DNA of 64,000 bases from Candidatus Babeliales bacterium (GTDB taxonomy: Bacteria > Babelota > Babeliae > Babelales > JANWKD01). The notes beneath the pieces are model-generated. The model saw only the letters and a program-made list of their open reading frames with translations, did not search any database and was not told the origin of the DNA. The stretch spans positions 160,001 to 224,000 of the forward strand of contig CAVRJO010000002.1 of NCBI GenBank assembly GCA_963722255.1, written 5' to 3'. The translations under genes were made by a program, and so were the position numbers. Below are positions 9,231 through 18,335 of this stretch, piece by piece (the stretch's first letter is position 1; each line of letters opens with the position of its first letter).

Positions 9231-10588
9231 GATAACTCCTTGTGATTACTATATTCGGGCATTGAAACAAAATAGTCCTTTTTTGCGGGCACAACAACAA
9301 GTTCTTCTGCAACTTTTTTACCATCTAATACTGCTTCTTGCATACTTGAATATTTCCATGCACCGTATCTTCCAATAGAATGCACATCCTCCTGATGCAA
9401 TCTGCCAAGCAACTTAGAAAGATTTTTTTCTCGCCAAAAATCGTATATTACGTATGCATGCGGTATTTCTATTATTTTCTCAGTCATGATGTCAGATTCA
9501 TTGATAGTAAAAAGTCTCTTAGTTAACTGCAAAGCTTCTTTCAAGGTTCGATCTTTATAGCTTTTCGATTTTTTTATAGAAGAAAATTCTCCATATAAAG
9601 AGCTACATCCTTGTGGCACTGTTGCTTGAGAAAAATTATGAGGGAACCCAATTCTATAAAAGGGATACTTTGATTCAGGAAAATATATCCAGTGTTTATC
9701 AGAAAGGTCAGCTCGGTTAACGCCAATATTGAAATTAACGACTGAATTACACAAAAGATTTTGGCTTTGTTGCTTTAAGGCGCATGAAGATTTTTCTCGT
9801 AACCGATTTAATAAATGATCTAAAGGAATAGTTGAAATCAAGCTATCATATTTTTCATATTCTCCATTTGAAAAAATTACGACTTTGGATCTAAGATCTA
9901 TAGTTTCAACCTCATACCCCTTTTTGATAGGATTTTGTAATGTTTGAGCTATTTTATCAACCCAGAAAAAAATTCCACCCTGTTTTGGATAATAAAAATG
10001 GGCATTATAGCCAACACCTACTTGTCGTGCAGGATCTAAAACTGCTCCTTGAATCATTTGAGTAAGCGAAGTTGATGGTACAAAGCGGCCCGTCCAGGAT
10101 GAAGTTATTTTTTTAATATCATACGCAAATATCTTTTTTTGATAAGGGAAAAAAAAGTGCTGCGCAATTCCTTTGCCAAAATATGACAATGCCCATTCAT
10201 AAAATGAGGCTTTCGGTTTTGTTTTTTTTCGAGCAACAAAACCTTCAATGCATTCGGCAATCACATGAGGCGGCAGCCCATACAAATTGATTTGAAAAGG
10301 ATAATGTGAATAAACATCATGCGAATAGATAAACGAACGTCTATGGACACTTTCAAAGTTTTCAAAACCGACAACATTAGTAATCAATGATTGAAAATAT
10401 CCATCATTAACGTGTAATAAATGGCCCGTGTAATCAAAGGTAAATCCATCTTGAATGATTGTCCTGCACAATCCTCCAATGGTCTCATCTCGTTCAAATA
10501 TTTTGTAATCAAAAAAACCTTTTTTTTCTAAATGATAAGCGGTTGATATTCCTGTTAGCCCCGCTCCAAGTATTACTATTTTTGCCAT
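9227..10588 (-). CDS. FAD-dependent oxidoreductase (HemY/UDP-galactopyranose mutase-like)
   Basis: ILGAGLTG, GGLCRT..DGFTFDYTGH and GRYGAWKY motifs; overlaps the epimerase start (ATGA). Confidence 0.85.
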   Translation of the reverse strand: MAKIVILGAGLTGISTAYHLEKKGFFDYKIFERDETIGGLCRTIIQDGFTFDYTGHLLHVNDGYFQSLITNVVGFENFESVHRRSFIYSHDVYSHYPFQINLYGLPPHVIAECIEGFVARKKTKPKASFYEWALSYFGKGIAQHFFFPYQKKIFAYDIKKITSSWTGRFVPSTSLTQMIQGAVLDPARQVGVGYNAHFYYPKQGGIFFWVDKIAQTLQNPIKKGYEVETIDLRSKVVIFSNGEYEKYDSLISTIPLDHLLNRLREKSSCALKQQSQNLLCNSVVNFNIGVNRADLSDKHWIYFPESKYPFYRIGFPHNFSQATVPQGCSSLYGEFSSIKKSKSYKDRTLKEALQLTKRLFTINESDIMTEKIIEIPHAYVIYDFWREKNLSKLLGRLHQEDVHSIGRYGAWKYSSMQEAVLDGKKVAEELVVVPAKKDYFVSMPEYSNHKELS

Positions 10589-10780
10589 CTACTCCTTTCA
10601 ATGCTTCATTGCTTTTGTGTGGGCTGGCATTATTTATAAAACGAAAGAATATAAATGTCTAGAAAAAAGTCCAATTCTATAGTTCCAATAGATTTATAGA
10701 AGTAGCACTAATTTTATTGCATAAGAAAAAACTAATTTAGTATCATTTTTTTATAATTACTTTTGGTCAAAGGAGTTTTA

Positions 10781-11671
10781 ATGAAAAAGCTTATTATACT
10801 ACTTATTTTTTTTCATATGTCTCTCGAAGCATATAATGCAGGTATACTTCCTTATACAAAAATTAAAGGCAAAATTTACTTCTTGTTGGGCAGAGAAGCT
10901 GGCGGAAGTTCACGTGGTACATGGGCAGATTTTGGCGGAAAAGGAAAAGGATATGAGTCTACAAAGGAAACCGCAATGCGTGAATTTACAGAGGAAACAA
11001 AAGCTGCATTTGCTCAATTTATCGATCCCAATGTAAAAGACTATAAAAGAGCAAAACAATTAAGCAACCAATATATTTCTCCAAGAATGTCACAGCCGAT
11101 TAATAATCCTGGACCAAAAGTATTTTATACCATGTATCTTGCAGAAGTAGATTATATTTCACCGGATGATATTAAAAAAGGAATCTATAGAGATAAGGAA
11201 AAAGATGCATTTGAATGGGTGGATGCTAATGAATTTTCAATACAGTTAAGCCGCAAAACTGCCTATCTTCAAGATTATTATAACTCATTACAAACCAAAC
11301 AAACTACACGGTTTGCCCCATCATTTGGTGATAAAAAAATCCGTCGACCATTTGCAACCTACTTTGTTGATCCTAGAACAAATGCACAGATTAGAAGAAT
11401 CATAGGCCTTCCAAGTCACGGAGCTCCTATAGAAGAAGGAGGCTGGATAAAGCCTGGAAAGGAAGAAGAAGAAGGGTTTTGGGAAGAAGCATACAAAGAA
11501 CCTTACGAAGAAGAAGAATGGATCGTAACGCCAGTTAAAACAACCCCCAAACCTCCATCAGGAAAATTGCCATCAAGAAGCCATGATTACTTAATTCGGT
11601 CATTAAAGAAAACTGCAAAAAAATTACGTAAGCTGAAAGCATTATTGCCTTCTCAAAGGCGTGCATGGTAA
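10781..11671 (+). CDS. Secreted Nudix hydrolase
   Basis: Signal peptide from the ATG at 10781 (AGGAG upstream); Nudix box FGGKGKGYESTKETAMREFTEET. Confidence 0.85.
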   Translation: MKKLIILLIFFHMSLEAYNAGILPYTKIKGKIYFLLGREAGGSSRGTWADFGGKGKGYESTKETAMREFTEETKAAFAQFIDPNVKDYKRAKQLSNQYISPRMSQPINNPGPKVFYTMYLAEVDYISPDDIKKGIYRDKEKDAFEWVDANEFSIQLSRKTAYLQDYYNSLQTKQTTRFAPSFGDKKIRRPFATYFVDPRTNAQIRRIIGLPSHGAPIEEGGWIKPGKEEEEGFWEEAYKEPYEEEEWIVTPVKTTPKPPSGKLPSRSHDYLIRSLKKTAKKLRKLKALLPSQRRAW

Positions 11672-11726
11672 TATCGTATTTACATATTTTCTAGAGATAT
11701 CATAAAAAAACTGCTATATTTAGAAT

Positions 11727-12794
11727 ATGAATATAGCAGTTTTAGTTTCAGGCGGCGTCGATAGTTCCGTAGCATTACGCCTCTTGAAAGATCAAGGACA
11801 TTCAGTCACCGCTTTTTATCTGAAAATCTGGCTTGAAGATGAACTTTCATTTTTGGGCACCTGCCCTTGGCAGGAAGATTTACGTTATGTAGAAGCTGTT
11901 TGCAAACAAGCAAATGTACCTCTTGAGATTGTCTCATTACAAAAAGAGTATTGGGATCGCGTTGTCTCTTATACCATTGCTCAAGTAAAAGCAGGATTTA
12001 CTCCTAATCCCGATATTTTGTGCAACCAGCAAGTAAAATTTGGCAGCTTTTATGCAAAAATAGATGCCTCATTTGATGCAGTTGCCACCGGCCATTATGC
12101 CCAACTTCTCACCGTTAACGGTAAACGAGAATTACATTGTGCTCCTGATCCTATAAAGGATCAAACCTATTTTTTGTCCTATTTGAACCAAGATCAAATA
12201 AAACGAGCTCTTTTCCCCATTGGCCATCTTCAAAAGTCTCAAGTACGAGAAGTTGCTCAATTCTATGATCTGCCTAATAAAGATCGAAAAGATAGCCAAG
12301 GAATATGTTTTTTGGGAAAACTAAAATTCGATCAGTTCCTTAACTACCATTTGGGAGAAAATCCTGGTCCATTGATAGAAATTGAAACCGGGAAGCAATG
12401 GGGAACACACAAAGGTTTCTGGTACTATACCATTGGGCAACGCCAAGGAATCGGTTTAGCCGGTGGTCCATGGTATGTTACTCATAAAAATCCTGAAGAA
12501 AATATTGTGTATATTTCACGCTCCTATTATTCTGCTGAAAAACAACGAAACAGCTTTACCATTGGTAACTGCCACTGGATTTCAGGAGTAGCTCCAGAAT
12601 CTTCCGAACTTTCCGTAAAATTACGGCATGGTCAACATACGCATAATTGTATTTTAGAAAATGCCCAAACTACCAATGCTCTGGTTACACTTAAAGACCG
12701 CGATCAGGGAATTGCTCCCGGACAATTTGCTGTTTTTTATGAGGGGACCAAATGTTTAGGCGCAGGTATTATTAAAGACCATTCTTCTCCATAA
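11727..12794 (+). CDS. mnmA: tRNA 2-thiouridine(34) synthase
   Basis: SGGVDSS, TPNPDILCN, ATGHY, KDQTYFL, DSQGICF and YTIGQRQG motifs. Confidence 0.97.
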   Translation: MNIAVLVSGGVDSSVALRLLKDQGHSVTAFYLKIWLEDELSFLGTCPWQEDLRYVEAVCKQANVPLEIVSLQKEYWDRVVSYTIAQVKAGFTPNPDILCNQQVKFGSFYAKIDASFDAVATGHYAQLLTVNGKRELHCAPDPIKDQTYFLSYLNQDQIKRALFPIGHLQKSQVREVAQFYDLPNKDRKDSQGICFLGKLKFDQFLNYHLGENPGPLIEIETGKQWGTHKGFWYYTIGQRQGIGLAGGPWYVTHKNPEENIVYISRSYYSAEKQRNSFTIGNCHWISGVAPESSELSVKLRHGQHTHNCILENAQTTNALVTLKDRDQGIAPGQFAVFYEGTKCLGAGIIKDHSSP

Positions 12795-12907
12795 CTCCGA
12801 TAATGCCATAAGGTATTAAATTCAGATTGAAATTATAAATATTTCCTGTATACTGAGATATTAGTAACTATTTATTATTAACAATCTAACCTAAAAAATG
12901 GAGTTTT

Positions 12908-14434
12908 ATGAAGGTCACCTCTTTATCCATAGCTTTTATAGTTTGTAGTATACTACAAACTGTTGATTCACAAGCAATGATTCCAGGCAGAAACTTTAAT
13001 GGTACACAAAACGTAGAAACAATGATCACTCTTCAACTTATAGACGATAGTACAGCGACACATTTCTGCATAAAAAGCGTTGCACTTCCTCTTAAACAAA
13101 TTGCGCTTTGTCAAACATTAAGTAATTGTTTAGCAACGGTGACGCAAGAAGAACCACTCATACTCTTCAGCTCATCTATCGTACCTGAAATTTTTGATGT
13201 AGTTGTATCTTTTTTAAATCAACTTGATACACAACCGGCAACCAGAAAAATAATGGAAGATATCATTATTGAAAATTTAGAATGCTTTGCTTTACATCAT
13301 CTTATACCCCTGCTTGATGCAGCATGCCATCTTGATTGCCCTCTTCTTTATGATCTTTTTATTTTTCTCGCCCATGCAAAAATTGAAGAATATTTATTTA
13401 AAAAAAATAATCCTAATGCTGTACTCGTACTCACAAAAAAAATAGAAGAAACGATACACAATAATCAGCTTTTTAAGCATGTCCAATCAACTATAAAAAA
13501 TAAATTAAGCGTAGAGAATCTTGCATTATCATATACAAACTTTTCTTCACCTGATTTCAGTAAAGTAACAACTCGTTTAACAGCTCATGATGCACTTTTG
13601 GTTCTTAATAAAGGAACAAGCTCAATTTCTCTTACTGATTTTTACACACAAAAACTATTAGCTGCCATTGACTCAAATAATGGAATGTGCAATTCAGCCT
13701 ATCTTTCCGGAAATGGGGAAAAAATTGCATCAACAACATGGGAAAACTGTATACGAATTTGGGATGTTTTGGCTCCTGATCGTATTACAGAAATTAGTGC
13801 AGAAAACTGTTTCTTTGATTCAATATGCCTTTCTTATGATGGTGCATATTGTGCTTCTGCAAAACCCGGCGATAGTTCTATCTTCATCTGGGAGACAGCG
13901 ACAGGTAATTGCATCTGTACAATACCTACAAACTTTCCTATTAACGCACTTTGCTTTGTTTCTCAATCATTAACGCTTGCTCTTGTAACCAGCAATCATA
14001 CTATAGTGCTTATAGATACAAATTCAGGTTCTTGTATTGGCAAATTTAGAGGACACAAAGATACGATAACCGGAATTTGTTTTAGCCCCGATAATGATAC
14101 CATTATTTCTTCCTCACGAGATGATTCTATAAAAATTTGGGACATACAAACTGGTAAATGCTTACAGACAATTGTGAGTAGTAACCCATTAGAATCAATA
14201 CACTGCACTTCTGACAATACGCTCATTGCGATTATTTCGACGCATAATTCGATACAAGCAATTTCTTTAATGGATGTAAATAATGCATTCACTCTTTCTT
14301 CGCTTCTTTTTCTTGACTATATGCTTGAAAAAAAAAGAACAAACTCACCGTTCATAGTAAATAATCGCACTCAAGAATTGTATACCCTTTTACCTCAATC
14401 ATATAAAAATGAATTAAAAGAAGCATATATTTAA
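12908..14434 (+). CDS. Secreted Skp1/BTB-like plus WD40-repeat protein
   Basis: Signal peptide ending SQA-MIP; LLDAACHLDCPLL resembles Skp1 LILAANYLDI; WD40 repeat GHKDTITGICFSPDNDTIISSSRDDSIKIWD. Confidence 0.85.
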   Translation: MKVTSLSIAFIVCSILQTVDSQAMIPGRNFNGTQNVETMITLQLIDDSTATHFCIKSVALPLKQIALCQTLSNCLATVTQEEPLILFSSSIVPEIFDVVVSFLNQLDTQPATRKIMEDIIIENLECFALHHLIPLLDAACHLDCPLLYDLFIFLAHAKIEEYLFKKNNPNAVLVLTKKIEETIHNNQLFKHVQSTIKNKLSVENLALSYTNFSSPDFSKVTTRLTAHDALLVLNKGTSSISLTDFYTQKLLAAIDSNNGMCNSAYLSGNGEKIASTTWENCIRIWDVLAPDRITEISAENCFFDSICLSYDGAYCASAKPGDSSIFIWETATGNCICTIPTNFPINALCFVSQSLTLALVTSNHTIVLIDTNSGSCIGKFRGHKDTITGICFSPDNDTIISSSRDDSIKIWDIQTGKCLQTIVSSNPLESIHCTSDNTLIAIISTHNSIQAISLMDVNNAFTLSSLLFLDYMLEKKRTNSPFIVNNRTQELYTLLPQSYKNELKEAYI

Positions 14435-14439
14435 ATTCT

Positions 14440-14470
14440 CAATTAGAAATTATTGTATAATTTCTAATTG
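14440..14470. terminator. Hairpin after the WD40 gene
   Basis: caattagaaatta...taatttctaattg inverted repeat right after the stop codon; AT-rich, so weak. Confidence 0.35.
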
Positions 14471-14654
14471 TTGAGTATTGTGGACTATTTTCAATCTGTT
14501 ATACTTAAGAGCATATAATTAATCCATCAAGTAAAGGAATGCTCATGAAAACGGTCTCTTGAGCTTGATTTAAAACACAATACAGTATTTAAATAAAGTA
14601 GTAGAGGAGCCTCTTTTTTGTTAATCTTAGGTCAAATAACAATTAATAAGCAGA

Positions 14655-15311
14655 ATGAAATTAATGTGTATAAATTTATTCTGCCGTAACAATAACTCGG
14701 GATCATACGTGGATTATACTGCAAATTCAAATTCAAACCAATGGCGTATTACTATACCAACCCTCTTTACATTGGCACGTATTTTTCTTACGCCTGTAAT
14801 TGTCTACTCTATGGTTCAGCAATATTGGCAACAGGCCTTTTATCTTTTTTTAATTGCAGCGGTAAGCGATGTCATTGATGGGGCATTAGCGCGATTATGC
14901 AATGCTAAAACATTTTTGGGTGGATGCCTTGATGCTCTTGCTGATAAATTCTTATTGTTATCATGCTTTGCAACCTTGGCTTTTATACAAACCCCTCATT
15001 TTATTATTCCACGTTGGTTTGTAATCATAGCGTTGCTCAAAGAGTGTATACTTATTGCCGGTTCTTATATCATATTTAAAATGGCTGGGGCGGTCGAAAT
15101 TAAGCCAACAGTTTTAGGAAAAGCTACGACGTTTTTACAGATCTGTTTTATTATCTGGTTTTTCTTTTGTTATTTTTTTCACTGGTTCCCCTTAAAGACC
15201 TATGGACTGATGTTAGGAATATTGCCTACCTTACTTGTTGCATCATTACTTCAATATATCTATATTGGTCTTTGTTTTGTTCAAGAAAAAAAAGGAAACG
15301 GTCATGAATAA
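14655..15311 (+). CDS. CDP-alcohol phosphatidyltransferase family protein
   Basis: TIPTLFTLARI and SDVIDGALAR...GGCLDALADK motif; true start may be downstream. Confidence 0.9.
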   Translation: MKLMCINLFCRNNNSGSYVDYTANSNSNQWRITIPTLFTLARIFLTPVIVYSMVQQYWQQAFYLFLIAAVSDVIDGALARLCNAKTFLGGCLDALADKFLLLSCFATLAFIQTPHFIIPRWFVIIALLKECILIAGSYIIFKMAGAVEIKPTVLGKATTFLQICFIIWFFFCYFFHWFPLKTYGLMLGILPTLLVASLLQYIYIGLCFVQEKKGNGHE

Positions 15312-15705
15312 AAACCATGCATTCATCATAACCATTTTTTTAGTTCTATCACTCGTTGCTGCTGAAAAATTAGGTAAAGAATCATTCATCGCACAACCAA
15401 AACCCAAAAAAGAATCTCGTTCAAGCCTTCAAGAAGATATTGCAACACTACTCATGCACACTACACAACAAAATCCACACATCATTGAACGTGAAGCACG
15501 TGTAGAACAACGTCTTCTTCGCTATGGTTCTCAACTTCTTGCGCAAGATAAAAATAGTTTTTTTGCAACTGCCGGCATTAAAGAATTACAAGAATTTCGA
15601 GCACTATTACAAGAACTATCTTCTGCACAAGAAACATATTCACAATTCTTGGTACAATTAGATACAAAATTCAACAAACTTATGTGCAGTTCTGCTAAAA
15701 ATTAA
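15304..15705 (+). CDS. Hypothetical protein with signal peptide
   Basis: ATG at 15304 overlaps the upstream stop; hydrophobic N-terminus, helical body. Confidence 0.65.
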   Translation: MNKNHAFIITIFLVLSLVAAEKLGKESFIAQPKPKKESRSSLQEDIATLLMHTTQQNPHIIEREARVEQRLLRYGSQLLAQDKNSFFATAGIKELQEFRALLQELSSAQETYSQFLVQLDTKFNKLMCSSAKN

Positions 15706-15805
15706 AATTGTTTTTCATTACTTCATTTTAATTTCGCCATTTAAATCAATACTTTTTGTGCTATACTAAAAAAGCTTATTAACCATTACACTGAAAGGAT
15801 TTTTT

Positions 15806-16369
15806 ATGGCTAGCTATAATCGAATTATTATAATTGGAAATTTAACCAGAGACCCGGAGTATAAACAACTACCATCAGGACAACCTGTAACTCGTCTTGG
15901 TATTGCGTCAAATCGCCAATATAAAAACAGACAAACAGGTTCAATGATCCAAGAAGTATGTTTTATTGATGTTGATGTTTTTGGACCTCAAGCAGAAAGC
16001 TGCCGCCAGTATTTACAAAAAGGCCGACCTGCTTTAATTGAAGGTCGTTTAAAATTTGACACGTGGCAATCGCCCGATGGACAAACTCGAACAAAACATT
16101 CAATTGTTGCTGATCGCGTAGTATTTTTAGGATCGAGCCAAGGAGCATCTGAAGTTGAAACTGAAGTTGGGTCCGATTCTTCACAAAGCTCATCCGCTGT
16201 CGATCTTTCAGATCCTAATGTTTCTGCAGCACATGAAAAATTGGGCCGCATTCAAAGCAAAAAGAAATCAACAAGCTTTTCTGGCGCTTCAACGAATGCT
16301 ACCTCATTACCGGCAGGAGAATTTGATTTTAAAGATGAACCACCTTTCCAGGATGACTTACCTTTTTAA
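15806..16369 (+). CDS. ssb: Single-stranded DNA-binding protein
   Basis: NRIIIIGNLTRDPE, IEGRL and acidic tail DDLPF. Confidence 0.97.
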   Translation: MASYNRIIIIGNLTRDPEYKQLPSGQPVTRLGIASNRQYKNRQTGSMIQEVCFIDVDVFGPQAESCRQYLQKGRPALIEGRLKFDTWQSPDGQTRTKHSIVADRVVFLGSSQGASEVETEVGSDSSQSSSAVDLSDPNVSAAHEKLGRIQSKKKSTSFSGASTNATSLPAGEFDFKDEPPFQDDLPF

Positions 16370-16381
16370 TAAAAGAATACT

Positions 16382-17083
16382 ATGAAAAATTCGGTAAAAT
16401 GTTTTGTTATAATGCTTGGTTGCACTATGTTACAGTGTTCTGGTATGCGAAATAGAACACAAGATCTTTCTGCTGAATCTCAAAAATTTGCAGAACATGC
16501 TCGTGAAATTCGGAAAGAAGCTCAACGGCAAAATGCACAAATGGATAATGCTCTAAATATTGTAACCTTTGGGCTTTACGGTTATTTCACCGGATCAAAC
16601 AATCAATCGCAGCAGCAAGGATCTCTCATTACTGATGGACCGCGTTCATATACTATATCAAATGATCGTGAAAAAGAAGAACGGCAAAGGCAAAGACAAC
16701 AATATCAACGTTACTCAAGAGAAAATGAGGACGAAGATGAAGACGATATCCTTGCTACTGCACGTGAAGATGCCAAAAGAGAACGCCTTGGGCTTGATCT
16801 TGACTGGGAAATTGAAAGGACAAAAGATTTATCTGCATCATCTAAAAAATTCTTGTGGCAAGCAGAGAAAAGCAAAAAAACAATCTTTACAATATTGTTA
16901 CACAGTATAACGTGTCCAACTACACGCGATATAGTAGGGCTTACCGGATGCACAATTTGTTGTTATGTGGGCATTAAAAGTTTATTATATCACCATGAAA
17001 ACAGATTTTTCGGTTATAGCGCTACCTTTTTTGGCGCCACCGGAGCAGCTGCTAAGCTTTATGACCTTTTTTTAAAAGAATAA
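16382..17083 (+). CDS. Hypothetical secreted/membrane protein
   Basis: Signal peptide ending CSG-MRN; charged middle; two hydrophobic C-terminal segments. Confidence 0.7.
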   Translation: MKNSVKCFVIMLGCTMLQCSGMRNRTQDLSAESQKFAEHAREIRKEAQRQNAQMDNALNIVTFGLYGYFTGSNNQSQQQGSLITDGPRSYTISNDREKEERQRQRQQYQRYSRENEDEDEDDILATAREDAKRERLGLDLDWEIERTKDLSASSKKFLWQAEKSKKTIFTILLHSITCPTTRDIVGLTGCTICCYVGIKSLLYHHENRFFGYSATFFGATGAAAKLYDLFLKE

Positions 17084-17092
17084 TCTATTTTT

Positions 17093-17120
17093 TTAGGAAA
17101 CTCCTTGAGGAGTTTCCTAA
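17093..17120. terminator. Intrinsic terminator-like hairpin
   Basis: ttaggaaactcc-ttga-ggagtttcctaa perfect inverted repeat after the stop codon. Confidence 0.65.
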
Positions 17121-17287
17121 GGTCGTTTACTAAATCTATTCATCTTTCATCAAAACATTTATTGGTATGCCAAAAGAATTTAGCATACTCGCAAGCATTT
17201 CAAATAAATAATACAAATTTATTGACTATTTGAATATAATTTTGAGAATATAAGATTGGAAGTCATTGTCATTGTGAAAGGCATTTC

Positions 17288-17803
17288 ATGAATTCTTATA
17301 GAAGAGCAAGTAACGTAGTGCATTGTTTCAAAAAAAGTTACTATAGTCTAAAATCACTAGTAAAAATTGTATACTTCATTGTTTTGTGTAGTTATTGGCA
17401 ACAAATTAATACCATGAATGGCTACCCAACCTACCCTACTCCGGCATTTCATAAGGTAGAAAAAATAAGCAAAGAATTGCTCATAGATATTAATGCACTT
17501 ACTTTTAATAATGAATTATATGAATTATGGGTTGAAAAATCAGATTATTTATTTAATCAATTTTTAATTTTTGCACGTGCAATTGATGAGCTTGTAACTA
17601 ATCAAGAAGAGTGCCGCTCGTATCTTTTGGAAGATTTACATTATCTTAAAGAGATACTATTCTTAGTAGAAAATTCTTATACAACTATTAGTTGTAAAAA
17701 AATAGCTCATACTAGTAATGAAACTATGTTCACAATCATTCAAGAGAGCAAAACAAAACTAGATGCGCTCTATATTTTAAATCAAGAAATAGTAGCTTCC
17801 TAA
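17288..17803 (+). CDS. Hypothetical protein
   Basis: 171-aa ORF with a hydrophobic segment followed by INT-MNG; start uncertain. Confidence 0.55.
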   Translation: MNSYRRASNVVHCFKKSYYSLKSLVKIVYFIVLCSYWQQINTMNGYPTYPTPAFHKVEKISKELLIDINALTFNNELYELWVEKSDYLFNQFLIFARAIDELVTNQEECRSYLLEDLHYLKEILFLVENSYTTISCKKIAHTSNETMFTIIQESKTKLDALYILNQEIVAS

Positions 17804-17879
17804 CGCTAATTCTCAAGAACTCCTGCTTAACTCAAGATTATTTGTCTTGCATTTTGAACTGCAGTAATCATAAATAGTA

Positions 17880-18144
17880 TATCAGGGCAAACGCATTTAA
17901 AGTGTCGAATTCAAAAGGGAAATAACTTTCTTGAAGCAACAATAAATTCCCGCCTGTCATTGCGAGCGCATGCGTGGTGACCCAGTTATAAAGACTTTTA
18001 ATTTTATTACTGGGTCACCACGGACCTCTTTGAGGCCCTCGTGATGACATTGTGATTAATTTGTTAACTTTGCTTTGATAAATCACAGTAATCTTGTATC
18101 AATATAAGCTTAAAATCTGAATTTTTAGTGCAATTGCCCTGATA
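17880..18144. mobile_element. MITE-like element enclosing an RPE-like palindrome
   Basis: Imperfect terminal inverted repeats TATCAGGGCAAacGCAtTtAA / TATCAGGGCAAttGCAcTaAA; no ORF inside. Confidence 0.45.
17955..18049. repeat. Palindromic REP/RPE-like repeat, copy 2
   Basis: TGTCATTGCGAG...GTGATGACA; internal gtggtgacccagt/actgggtcaccac stem; homologous to 3082-3181. Confidence 0.75.
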
Positions 18145-18234
18145 GTATCTAGTAACTCTAAAAAACCTACCGTGCAAAATTTTTGTTATAGAATTTCATA
18201 GCATTCAAGAATTAAAACTTAATAAAAAAATAAG

Positions 18235-18335
18235 TTGCCACTAGAAAAAATATTATTCTATAGTATTGCCTTGTTTGGCAAAAATATGGTTTTATTTTGA
18301 TGGGATTTAATTTTAAATAAAACTTAGGGGTAGTT
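18235..18335 (+). promoter_or_regulatory. Duplicated upstream region of beta-helix gene 1
   Basis: About 100 bp nearly identical to 20767-20871; includes ttgcc-ttgttt-ggcaa and a GGGG RBS. Confidence 0.6.

Noticed and set aside
18235..18335. TGGCA in the duplicated upstream region as a sigma-54 promoter
   Set aside because: The -12 TTGC element is absent at the required spacing on both strands.
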